Origin: Burkholderiales bacterium
GTDB taxonomy: Bacteria; Pseudomonadota; Gammaproteobacteria; Burkholderiales; Burkholderiaceae_D
Assembly (NCBI GenBank): GCA_016177875.1
Contig: JACOUL010000008.1
Coordinates: 15,432 to 79,431, forward strand
Direction: 5' to 3'
Length of the DNA stretch: 64,000 nucleotides
Shown: positions 53,682 to 63,064 of the stretch, piece after piece
How positions within the stretch are numbered: the first letter of the stretch is position 1
Layout: each line of letters starts with the position of its first letter
Notes under the pieces: generated by a model
What the model saw: only the letters and a program-made list of their open reading frames with translations
The model's database searches: none
What the model was told of the DNA's origin: nothing
Translations under genes and position numbers: made by a program

Positions 53682-54878
53682 ATGTCCGAGAACAGCGCTT
53701 CATTCCGCAATTTTTCACCGGCCGAGCTCGCGCGCGCCATGCGCGATGCGCGTGAGACGACGCTTGCGCTGTTCGATTGCTTTAAGGCAGCTGGGCTCGA
53801 TAATCCACGGCAAGTGCCCTACCTTGCCATCATTAATCCGCCTTTATGGGAGCTGGGTCACGTTGCCTGGTTTGCCGAATGGTACATTTTGCGCGAAGCG
53901 GCGTCGAGCGCTCCCGCTTCGGCTAAACGCAGTTCGCTGTTGACCAAGGGTGACGATTGGTTTGATTCCAATACCGTGCCGCATAAGACGCGCTGGTCGC
54001 TCGATTTGCCGAGTACCGGCGCGCTCAAGACCTATTGTCATGAAGTCTTGGATCGTGCTTTGGATAAACTCATGCACTTAGAGAATAGGCATGAGCTGCT
54101 GTATCCCTATCGCTTGGCGCTTGCGCACGAAGACATGCACGGCGAAGCATTTGCTTATACCTTGCAGACGCTGGGCATCAAACCGCCGCCGATGTTGGCG
54201 AATCGGCGCACGCGTCCGTGGGGCCAAGGCGAGATTCGATTTCCGGGGCAAACGATCCAGCTCGGCAGCACCCCCGATCTCGGCTTCGTATTCGATAACG
54301 AGAAGTGGGCACATCCATGCTACGTGCCGGCATTTATCATGGACTCTACACTGGTTTCGAATGCGCAGTTTTCCGAATTTGTCGCGGACGGCGGTTATGA
54401 GCGCGCGCAGTTTTGGTCGACCGCGGGGCGTCAGTGGTTAATCCAACAAGAACGCTCGACACCGACCGGATGGCAAAGCGACGGCAAGCAATGGCTGGCG
54501 GAGCGTTTCGGCGAATTGGCGGTGATGGCGCCGCATGAACCCGTGCGGCACGTCAGCTTGTATGAAGCGCAGGCTTATTGCGCTTGGGCCGGGCGGCGCT
54601 TGCCGACCGAGATGGAATGGGAATGCGCGGCCTTGTCGGGCCATCCGGCGTTTCGCTGGGGAGATTTATGGGAGTGGACGTGTACGCCGTTTGAACCCTA
54701 TCCAGGATTCGAGGCGGACGCTTATCGTGAATATTCGGTGCCGTGGTTTTCCACGCACCAGACGCTGCGCGGCGCATCGTTTGCGACGCGCGAGCGTATG
54801 CGTTCCATCAAATATCGCAATTTCTATCGGCCGGAACGCAACGATATCTTCGTTGGGTTCCGGACCTGTGCGATTTAG
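53682..54878 (+). CDS. EgtB-like sulfoxide/selenoxide synthase paralog (DinB_2 plus FGE-sulfatase-like); candidate selenoneine synthase SenA
   Basis: 398 aa with the HX3HXE motif (HEDMHGE) and a C-terminal RGASFAT...KYRNFY region. This is a second copy, distinct from egtB at 1454..2719. Genomic context: selD plus a glycosyltransferase. Confidence 0.7.
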   Translation: MSENSASFRNFSPAELARAMRDARETTLALFDCFKAAGLDNPRQVPYLAIINPPLWELGHVAWFAEWYILREAASSAPASAKRSSLLTKGDDWFDSNTVPHKTRWSLDLPSTGALKTYCHEVLDRALDKLMHLENRHELLYPYRLALAHEDMHGEAFAYTLQTLGIKPPPMLANRRTRPWGQGEIRFPGQTIQLGSTPDLGFVFDNEKWAHPCYVPAFIMDSTLVSNAQFSEFVADGGYERAQFWSTAGRQWLIQQERSTPTGWQSDGKQWLAERFGELAVMAPHEPVRHVSLYEAQAYCAWAGRRLPTEMEWECAALSGHPAFRWGDLWEWTCTPFEPYPGFEADAYREYSVPWFSTHQTLRGASFATRERMRSIKYRNFYRPERNDIFVGFRTCAI

Positions 54879-56254
54879 CTATTACCGAAAGAACGTCGTG
54901 CGCTGCCATCCTTGTGCGGACCGCTGGGTTTGCTGAAGGTGCGTTGTCCAGGTTTGGCGCCGCCACTGCCTTTGCCATTGCCGTTACGATTGGTGCCCGG
55001 CTTCCAGCCCGCGGGTTTGCGCGAAGTACGCGGTGCCGCAGCGCTTTTCTTCGGTTCCAAGCCCTCGATCACATCCACCGGGATGAGTTGCTTGGTAAAG
55101 CGCTCGATGCGCTTGACGTTCATGTTCTCGGCATGGTTGACCAGCGAAATCGCCAAGCCGTTGCGTCCGGCGCGGCCGGTGCGGCCGATGCGGTGCACGT
55201 AATCTTCCGGAAATTTCGGCAAGTCGTAATTGAACACGTGCGTGATGGTAGGTACATCGATGCCGCGTGCGGCAACGTCGGTCGCTACCAGCACTTGCAC
55301 TTGACCGCGGCGCAGCGCATTCAAGGTGCGATTACGCGCGCCTTGATGCATGTCGCCATGCAATGCGGCGGCAGTAAAGCCGGCAATAGTCAAACGGTCG
55401 GCCAGCGTATCGGCATCGCGCTTGGTCGCAGTGAAGACGACGGCTTGGTCGATCGTCGTATCGCGCAGCAAATGATCGAGCATGCGGTTCTTGTGCGACA
55501 AGTCGTCAACGAAGTGCACGCGCTGCTGAATGTTTTCGTGCTTGGTTGTGGTACTGGCGATTTGAATCACCATCGGATCGCGCGTAATGCGGCGCGCCAT
55601 ATTGCCGACCACGCCATCCAGCGTTGCGGAAAACAGCATGGTCTGGCGCGTATCCGGCGTGGCGGCGATGATTTTTTCAATGTCGTCGATAAAGCCCATG
55701 TCCAGCATGCGGTCGGCTTCGTCAAGCACCAGAACTTCCAACTGCGAGAAATTAATCTTGCCGGATTCCATATGATCGATCAGGCGGCCGGGCGTCGCGA
55801 CCAGAATTTCCGGATTGCGAGCGAGCAACTGCATCTGCTTGGGATAAGGCATGCCGCCCAGAATCGACACTGCCTTCACACGACGCATAAAAGCGCCGTA
55901 TTTGTCGGTGGCGGTGGTGACTTGCAAAGCCAATTCGCGGGTCGGAGTCAATACCAGCATTTTCGGCGTTGCCGCTGCAAAGCGCGGACGCTCGCCGCGT
56001 GCTTTGGCAGACTGGCGTTCCTGATTTGCGGTTTTGGCGCCGGCAGGTGCCGCTTCTGCAGAAGCGAACTTGTGCAGCGACGGCAGCATGAATGCCGCAG
56101 TCTTGCCGGAACCTGTTTGCGAAGATACCAAGAGATCGCGGCCGAGAATGGCGGCGGGAACGGCTTCTTGCTGAACCGGCGTCGGCTGAGTATAGCCGGC
56201 TTCGGCGATCGCCTTGAGTATGGACGCGTGTAATCCTAATGCTTCAAAAGACAT
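54875..56254 (-). CDS. DEAD-box ATP-dependent RNA helicase (RhlE-like)
   Basis: Q-motif, GSGKT (motif I), DEAD, SAT, HRIGRTGR, and an Arg/Gly-rich C-terminal tail. Start chosen at the ATG giving MSFEALGLH. Confidence 0.85.
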   Translation of the reverse strand: MSFEALGLHASILKAIAEAGYTQPTPVQQEAVPAAILGRDLLVSSQTGSGKTAAFMLPSLHKFASAEAAPAGAKTANQERQSAKARGERPRFAAATPKMLVLTPTRELALQVTTATDKYGAFMRRVKAVSILGGMPYPKQMQLLARNPEILVATPGRLIDHMESGKINFSQLEVLVLDEADRMLDMGFIDDIEKIIAATPDTRQTMLFSATLDGVVGNMARRITRDPMVIQIASTTTKHENIQQRVHFVDDLSHKNRMLDHLLRDTTIDQAVVFTATKRDADTLADRLTIAGFTAAALHGDMHQGARNRTLNALRRGQVQVLVATDVAARGIDVPTITHVFNYDLPKFPEDYVHRIGRTGRAGRNGLAISLVNHAENMNVKRIERFTKQLIPVDVIEGLEPKKSAAAPRTSRKPAGWKPGTNRNGNGKGSGGAKPGQRTFSKPSGPHKDGSARRSFGNS

Positions 56255-56588
56255 GGTTTCTTTCGTGAAAAAGTCAGCGCCACGCGTTTTCAACAGAAAA
56301 CACGCACGCAAAAGTGCAACGCTAACCAACGAAACAAGAAAACCGACGAGGTTTCTATAAAACTCGAAGAGATTTCGGCACAGTAAGCTTTGCGCCGGAA
56401 CGGTGTTTGATGACTACACCAAAGGGCGGGAGGGCTTTAACGACCTGCTAAGGGTGGTTTGCGATGCTGCTCAGTGCGACAAATTCGCACAGGCGCCATT
56501 GTACAGGGGAATCGGAATCACTGCCGAAGTATTTGGAAGCGCTGGATGAGGTCATGGCGGCACGGCATGCCGCCATGGATCGTTTTAT

Positions 56589-57380
56589 TTACTTGTAATC
56601 GGCTTCGTTCAAGCCCATGCCATGCGAGAACCCGCAATCGACGTAGGTAATTTCGCTGGTCACGCCGCTGGACAGATCGGACAAGAGGAAGGCGGCGACA
56701 TTGCCGACTTCTTCGATCGTCACGTTACGGCGCAGCGGTGCATGCGACTCGACAAATCCGAGCAGCTTGCCAAAATCCTTGATGCCGGACGCAGCCAGGG
56801 TCTTGATCGGACCGGCAGAAATACCATTGACGCGCACGCCTTTCGAGCCGAGCGATTCGGCCAGGTAGCGCACGCTGGCTTCCAGCGACGCCTTAGCCAG
56901 ACCCATGGTGTTGTAGTGCGGGATGGCACGAATGGCGCCGAGGTATGTCAGTGTGAGCAACGAAGCCTTATCACTTAACAACGGCTTAGCGGCCTTTGCC
57001 ATAGCCGGAAAGCTGTAGGCAGAAATATCGTGCGCAATCTTGAACGCTTCGCGCGACAATCCATCCAAGAAATCGCCTGCAATCGCTTCCCGCGGCGCAA
57101 AACCGATCGAGTGCACCAAGCCGTCGAGCTGATTCCAAGACTTACCGAGGTCGGCAAACAAGCCATTGATTTGATCGTCGCTGGAGACATCGCAATCGAA
57201 AATAAGGTCGCTGCCGAACTCATTCGCAAATTCCGTGATGCGATCCTTGAAGCGTTCACCGACATAAGTGAAAGCCAACTCGGCGCCTTCGCGTTTGCAA
57301 GCCTGGGCGATACCATAGGCGATCGAGCGGTTGGATAAGAGACCGGTAATCAGGATTTTTTTGCCGTGCAAGAAAGCCAT
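56589..57380 (-). CDS. fabI: Enoyl-[acyl-carrier-protein] reductase (NADH) FabI
   Basis: 263 aa SDR-type FabI with Tyr/Lys catalytic residues in the expected positions ([23 protein letters not shown]). Start at the ATG giving [13 protein letters not shown]. Confidence 0.9.
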   Translation of the reverse strand: MAFLHGKKILITGLLSNRSIAYGIAQACKREGAELAFTYVGERFKDRITEFANEFGSDLIFDCDVSSDDQINGLFADLGKSWNQLDGLVHSIGFAPREAIAGDFLDGLSREAFKIAHDISAYSFPAMAKAAKPLLSDKASLLTLTYLGAIRAIPHYNTMGLAKASLEASVRYLAESLGSKGVRVNGISAGPIKTLAASGIKDFGKLLGFVESHAPLRRNVTIEEVGNVAAFLLSDLSSGVTSEITYVDCGFSHGMGLNEADYK

Positions 57381-57559
57381 GTGCGACTCCAGAGATAAAC
57401 TGAGCGTGATTGTATTGGCAAGCGGCCATAGTATCAACTAAGGTATGGCCAAGGCGTAAGTATAAAGGTTCGCGCAAACGCAAGATGCATTTGGGTAAAA
57501 TACGCCAAACTTTCGATAATTGTCCCGATCAGGGCATAAATCAGTCCGTAAATCGGCGA

Positions 57560-59347
57560 ATGATTAAATTCTTATTTTCTATTTTTCTGATCTGCCTGAC
57601 GGCGGCGGGCAATAGCGCTTTTGCCGCGCATGCCTTTACCCTGCATGGCGAGCCTAAATATCCTGCCAATTTCGCGCATTTCGATTATGTGAAGCCGGAT
57701 GCGCCGAAGGGCGGTCAATTGAACCTGTCCAACCTGGGCAACTTCGACAAGCTCAATCCATTTACGCTAAAGGGCGTGACGCCGGCTTTGCTGTCGGCGC
57801 TGCTGTTTGAAACGCTTACCGTATCTTCCGAGGACGAAGCTGCAAGCGTGTATGGATCTCTCGCAAACGACATCGACGTTGCCAAGGACCGCTTATCCGT
57901 AACATTCCGACTCAATCCCGCGGCACGTTTTTCAAACGGCGATCCGGTTACGGCGAATGATGTTAAATATTCTTATGACACGCTCACCAGCAAGCGGGCA
58001 CACCCTGTCTATCGCCAATACTACGCGGACGTCAGCCGTGTCGTTGTCGTCAACGCCGGCACCGTTCGGTTCGAATTCAAGCGCGTCAATCGCGAGTTGC
58101 CGCTCATCGTCGGGCAGATACCTATCTTTTCTCCTAAGTGGGGCGCGGGTAAGGCTTTTGATCAAATCGTGACCGACACACCGGTCGGCAGCGGCCCCTA
58201 TATCGTTGAGCGTTACGACGTCGGCCGCTATTTGGTCTACAAGCGCAATCCGAATTGGTGGGGGCAAAATCTGCCGACTCGGCGCGGCATGTTCAACTTT
58301 GATCGCATTACGGTGCGCTATTACAAAGACGAGTTGGCCCGCATGGAAGCGTTTAAAGCCGGCGAGTTTGATTTTCTATATGAGAACTCCGCAAAAAATT
58401 GGGTTCGTTCGCACAAAGGTTCGCAATGGGATCGCGGCGAGATTATTAAAAAACTGTTTGAACACCAGAATAATTCGGGCATGCAGGGCTTCGTGTATAA
58501 CACCAGGCGTCCGCAATTCCAAGATGTCCGCGTCCGCAAGGCATTGGCACTGGCCATGGATTTCGAATGGATGAACAAGCAGATATTTCAAAACAGTTAT
58601 ATCCGCAGCTACAGCTTTTTCACCAATTCCGAGTTGGCGGCAACCGGCAAGCCCGATACCGCTGAGCTCAAATTATTAAACCCGTTACGCAGTAAGCTTG
58701 ACCCAGCCGTTTTTGAGGAGGTGCCGCAGCCGCCGGTGACGACACCGCCGCATTCGCTGCGCGACAATTTGCGCCAGGCGCGCGAACTGTTGGCTGCGGC
58801 GGGCTGGACTTATCGCGACGGTGCCCTGCGCAATGCAAAAGGCGAGCCCTTCGTATTCGACATGATCCTGCAGACCAAGACCTTCGAGCGCGTGGCGGCG
58901 CCGTTTGCGCGGAATTTGGAAAAGCTGGGAATCACCATGCGCTATCGCGCGGTCGACAATGCGCTCTATATCAAGCGCGTGGATTCGTTCGATTTCGATT
59001 CCGTCATCGACTGGTTCCTGACCGGCCAAAGCCCGGGAAATGAGCTGTATTCCTGGTTCCATTCACGTTCGCGCAACGAAGAGGGTTCGGACAACCGGGC
59101 CGGCGTGCGCGATCCGGCTGTCGATGCATTGATCGAACATATCGTGCAAGCGGAAACGCGCGAAGATCTCGTGACGGCTTGCCGCGCGCTGGATCGTATT
59201 CTGCGCGCGGGCTGGTACTTCACGCCGCATTTCCATAGCAGAACGCATCGCGTATCCTATCGCAACAAATTTGGCATTCCGGCAGCACTGCCTAAGTACT
59301 ACACAGCCGAGCCTTGGGCCGTGCGCATGTGGTGGAGCAAGCAATAA
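57560..59347 (+). CDS. ABC transporter periplasmic substrate-binding protein, family 5 (YejA-like peptide/microcin C-type)
   Basis: Signal peptide followed by an SBP_bac_5 domain. It is the first gene of a four-gene yejABEF-like operon. Confidence 0.8.
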   Translation: MIKFLFSIFLICLTAAGNSAFAAHAFTLHGEPKYPANFAHFDYVKPDAPKGGQLNLSNLGNFDKLNPFTLKGVTPALLSALLFETLTVSSEDEAASVYGSLANDIDVAKDRLSVTFRLNPAARFSNGDPVTANDVKYSYDTLTSKRAHPVYRQYYADVSRVVVVNAGTVRFEFKRVNRELPLIVGQIPIFSPKWGAGKAFDQIVTDTPVGSGPYIVERYDVGRYLVYKRNPNWWGQNLPTRRGMFNFDRITVRYYKDELARMEAFKAGEFDFLYENSAKNWVRSHKGSQWDRGEIIKKLFEHQNNSGMQGFVYNTRRPQFQDVRVRKALALAMDFEWMNKQIFQNSYIRSYSFFTNSELAATGKPDTAELKLLNPLRSKLDPAVFEEVPQPPVTTPPHSLRDNLRQARELLAAAGWTYRDGALRNAKGEPFVFDMILQTKTFERVAAPFARNLEKLGITMRYRAVDNALYIKRVDSFDFDSVIDWFLTGQSPGNELYSWFHSRSRNEEGSDNRAGVRDPAVDALIEHIVQAETREDLVTACRALDRILRAGWYFTPHFHSRTHRVSYRNKFGIPAALPKYYTAEPWAVRMWWSKQ

Positions 59348-60399
59348 TGTTGTTTTACATATTTAAACGCCTGCTGCTCATAATCCCGACCTTGTTCGGT
59401 ATTCTGCTGCTCACGTTTACCGTCATTCAGTTCGTGCCGGGCGGTCCGGTTGAACAGATCGTGCAAGAACTGCGTGGACGCAACACGGGCGGCGGCGGTG
59501 AAGCCAGTGGTGGCGCGGTGCGTGAATATCGGGGAAGAGAAGGCGTCGATCCTCAGCGTCTCGAAGAAATCAAAAAGCTCTACGGCTTCGATAAGCCGGC
59601 ATATGAACGCTTCTGGGTCATGCTGAAGGGTTTTGCCCAATTCGATCTGGGCAAAAGCTTTTTCCATCACAAGGATGTATGGCAGCTCGTGGTATCCAAG
59701 CTCCCGGTTTCCATCAGCCTGGGGATGTGGACGTTCTTGCTCACCTATTTGATATCGATTCCTTTAGGCGTAGCGAAAGCGGTGCGCGAAGGTTCGCGTT
59801 TTGATGTGTCGACCAGTGTCGCGGTGTTGGTGGGATATTCCATTCCAGGTTTCGTGCTGGGCGTGGTGTTGCTGGTGCTATTCGCGGGCGGCAGCTTCGT
59901 GCAATGGTTCCCGCTGCGCGGCTTGACCTCCGACAATTGGGAGCAGCTCGACTGGTTTCACAAGATGACCGACTACCTGTGGCATATCGCTTTGCCGGTG
60001 ACCGCGTCCGTGGTGAGCAGTTTCGCCATGATGACCTTGCTCGTCAAAAATACCTTTATCGAAGAGATTCGCAAACAGTATGTGACGACGGCACGCGCCA
60101 AGGGTTTGCCGGAGAAACAAGTGCTGTACAAGCATATTTTTCGCAACGCTTTGCTGCCTTTGATCACCGGCTTCCCCGGCGCGTTCATCGGCGCCTTCTT
60201 CGCCGGGAGCGTGTTGATCGAAACGTTGTTTTCATTGGATGGATTGGGACTTCTCTCTTACGAGTCGATCATCAAGCGCGACTATCCGGTGGTGATGGGG
60301 GCCTTGTATTTATTTACCTTAATCGGGCTTGTGGCCAAATTGCTGGCTGACCTTGCCTATGTGTGGGCTGATCCGCGCGTCAAATTCGACAATCAATGA
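59347..60399 (+). CDS. ABC transporter permease (YejB-like)
   Basis: BPD_transp_1 permease. The ATG overlaps the SBP gene stop. Confidence 0.8.
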   Translation: MLFYIFKRLLLIIPTLFGILLLTFTVIQFVPGGPVEQIVQELRGRNTGGGGEASGGAVREYRGREGVDPQRLEEIKKLYGFDKPAYERFWVMLKGFAQFDLGKSFFHHKDVWQLVVSKLPVSISLGMWTFLLTYLISIPLGVAKAVREGSRFDVSTSVAVLVGYSIPGFVLGVVLLVLFAGGSFVQWFPLRGLTSDNWEQLDWFHKMTDYLWHIALPVTASVVSSFAMMTLLVKNTFIEEIRKQYVTTARAKGLPEKQVLYKHIFRNALLPLITGFPGAFIGAFFAGSVLIETLFSLDGLGLLSYESIIKRDYPVVMGALYLFTLIGLVAKLLADLAYVWADPRVKFDNQ

Positions 60400-61463
60400 G
60401 CACGTTAACGACAACAGTTTACGAGTCCAAACCGCTGTCGCCGCGCCAGCAGATGTGGGGCCGGTTCAAGCGCAACCGCCTGGGGTACGTCAGCTTGATC
60501 GTCTTCACGATTTTGTTCGTGCTCAGTCTCTTTGCCGAAGTGCTCTCCAACGACAAGCCGCTCTTGGTGCATTACCAGGGGCAGTATTACACGCCCTTGT
60601 GGCATGACTATCCGGAAACGACGTTCGGCGGCGATTTCCCTACGCCTGCCGATTATCTTGATCCGTTTATTCGCACGCGCTTAACCCAGGGCGACAATTG
60701 GGCAATCTATCCGGTTAATCACTATCGCTATGACACGCTGAATTATTTTGCGTCATCGCCCAATCCCGCGCCGCCTTCGAAGGATAACTGGCTGGGCACG
60801 GACGATCGCGGCCGCGACGTGTTGGCACGCGTGCTCTACGGCTTTCGCATTTCCGTTTTATTCGCGTTTGCGTTGACCTTCATCGGCGTCGTAGTCGGCG
60901 TGGTCACCGGCGCGATACAAGGTTACTTCGGCGGTAAAACTGACTTGTTCTTCCAACGCTTCATGGAAGTGTGGGGCTCCATGCCGGAACTGTATTTGCT
61001 GCTGATTTTTGCCGCAATTTTCCAGCCCAGCATTAGTCTGCTGCTGGTATTGCTGTCTTTGTTTGGCTGGCTCGGGCTATCGGATTATGTGCGCGCAGAG
61101 TTCTTGCGTAACCGTAATCTGGATTATGTGACCGCCGCTAGGGCGATTGGGCTGGGAGATCGGCAAATCATGTGGCGGCATATTCTTCCCAACAGCATGA
61201 CGCCGGTGATTACCTTTTTGCCTTTTCGTATGAGCGCGGCCATTGTTGCACTCACCAGTCTCGATTTTCTCGGCCTTGGCGTGCCGCCATCGACGCCCAG
61301 CCTCGGCGAATTGCTGGCACAAGGTAAAGATAATCTCGATTCATGGTGGATAGGCTTATCGACATTCGCTGTGCTGCTGATCACGCTGGTTCTCTTGGTC
61401 TTCATCGGCGAAGCGCTGCGCGACGCCAACGACACCAGAAAGACGGGGAATATTGCCCGATGA
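60396..61463 (+). CDS. ABC transporter permease (YejE-like)
   Basis: Second permease; 4-nt overlaps on both sides. Confidence 0.8.
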   Translation: MSTLTTTVYESKPLSPRQQMWGRFKRNRLGYVSLIVFTILFVLSLFAEVLSNDKPLLVHYQGQYYTPLWHDYPETTFGGDFPTPADYLDPFIRTRLTQGDNWAIYPVNHYRYDTLNYFASSPNPAPPSKDNWLGTDDRGRDVLARVLYGFRISVLFAFALTFIGVVVGVVTGAIQGYFGGKTDLFFQRFMEVWGSMPELYLLLIFAAIFQPSISLLLVLLSLFGWLGLSDYVRAEFLRNRNLDYVTAARAIGLGDRQIMWRHILPNSMTPVITFLPFRMSAAIVALTSLDFLGLGVPPSTPSLGELLAQGKDNLDSWWIGLSTFAVLLITLVLLVFIGEALRDANDTRKTGNIAR

Positions 61464-63052
61464 CGCTGCTCTCGATTGAAAATCTGTCGATCTCCTTCGG
61501 CGACCCGGCGCAGGCTAAGCGCGTGGTCGACGACGTCAGCTTCACCATTCAAGCCGGTGAAAAATTCGGCTTGGTGGGCGAGTCGGGCTCCGGAAAAACG
61601 GTAACCGCCTTATCGATTCTCCGGCTGTTGCATGCCAATGTCAGCGGGCACATTCAATTCGGCGGCATGGATCTCGTCAGCGCAAGCGAACGCGCGTTGC
61701 GCGGTATTCGCGGCAAGGAGATCGCGATGATTTTCCAGGAGCCGATGAGCGCCTTGAATCCGCTTTATACCATCGGCAACCAAATCGCAGAAGTGTTGAC
61801 CTTGCATGAAGGCCTGAACGCTAAAGCGGCCGCTTTGCGCGCGGTGGAATTGCTGGATAAAACCGGCATCCCCGATCCGGCGCGGCGCGCATTGTCGTAT
61901 CCGCATCAGCTCTCCGGCGGCCAGCGCCAACGCGCGATGATTGCGATGGCCTTGGCCTGCAAACCCAAGCTCTTGATTGCGGATGAGCCGACCACTGCGC
62001 TCGATGTGACGATCCAGGTGCAGATTCTCGAATTGCTCAATCAGTTGCAGCGCGAAGAGAACATGGCGGTGCTCATGATTTCGCATGACTTGAACATGGT
62101 GCGGCATTTCGCCGACCGCGTCGGTGTCATGGAAAACGGCAAATTGGTGGAAGCCGCGCCGACTGCGGAATTATTCGTCAATCCGCGCGAAGCGTACACC
62201 AAGAAGCTCTTGGCTAGCCATCCGCAACGCATCGTATCGGAAGTATCCGACGGTGCGCAGCCCTTGCTCGACGCCAAGCAAGTTCATTGTATTTTTCCGA
62301 TTAAGCAGGGCTGGTTCCGTGAATCGGCTTTTGTGGCCGTCGACAATGCCGATGTGCAGTTGAAACCGCATGAAACGCTCGGCATCGTCGGTGAATCCGG
62401 TTCCGGAAAATCGACCTTGGGCATGGCGCTGCTGCGACTGTCGACCGCTAAAGTGCAAGGACAAATTCGTTTTGCCGACAAGACGATCAGCGGCATGACG
62501 AGCCGCGACCTGCGTCCCTTGCGTGCCAAGATGCAAGTCGTTTTCCAGGATCCGTTTGCTTCACTGTCGCCACGCAGAACCGTCGAACAAATCGTCGGCG
62601 AAGGCTTGGCTTTGCATCAACCGCATTTAAGCGAGGAGCAGTTGCGCCAAACGGTCGCCGCAGCGCTGGAAGAAGTGGGCTTGAAGCCGGCGATGATGTC
62701 GCGCTATCCGCATGAATTTTCCGGCGGTCAGCGCCAGCGCATCGCAATTGCGCGGGCCTTGGTGTTGAAGCCAGAATTGCTTCTGTTGGACGAACCTACT
62801 TCGGCGCTCGACGTCTCGGTGCAGCAGCAAGTCTTGCAGTTGCTGGCAGAGCTGCAGCGTAAATACGGTATGGCCTATATCTTCATCAGCCATGATTTGG
62901 CCGTCATTCGCGCCATGGCGCATCGGGTGATGGTGTTGAAGGATGGGAAGGTGGTGGAGAGCGGCTCGACCGAGGCGATCCTGAATAATCCCACGCAAGA
63001 CTATACCAAGCGCTTGTTGGCGGCATCCCAGTATTCGACGATGACTGCGTAA
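61460..63052 (+). CDS. ABC transporter ATP-binding protein with duplicated ATPase domains (YejF-like)
   Basis: Two Walker A motifs (GESGSGKT twice), two signature motifs ([16 protein letters not shown]) and two Walker B motifs. Start at the ATG overlapping the previous stop. Confidence 0.85.
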   Translation: MTLLSIENLSISFGDPAQAKRVVDDVSFTIQAGEKFGLVGESGSGKTVTALSILRLLHANVSGHIQFGGMDLVSASERALRGIRGKEIAMIFQEPMSALNPLYTIGNQIAEVLTLHEGLNAKAAALRAVELLDKTGIPDPARRALSYPHQLSGGQRQRAMIAMALACKPKLLIADEPTTALDVTIQVQILELLNQLQREENMAVLMISHDLNMVRHFADRVGVMENGKLVEAAPTAELFVNPREAYTKKLLASHPQRIVSEVSDGAQPLLDAKQVHCIFPIKQGWFRESAFVAVDNADVQLKPHETLGIVGESGSGKSTLGMALLRLSTAKVQGQIRFADKTISGMTSRDLRPLRAKMQVVFQDPFASLSPRRTVEQIVGEGLALHQPHLSEEQLRQTVAAALEEVGLKPAMMSRYPHEFSGGQRQRIAIARALVLKPELLLLDEPTSALDVSVQQQVLQLLAELQRKYGMAYIFISHDLAVIRAMAHRVMVLKDGKVVESGSTEAILNNPTQDYTKRLLAASQYSTMTA

Positions 63053-63064
63053 GCGTTCGAAATC

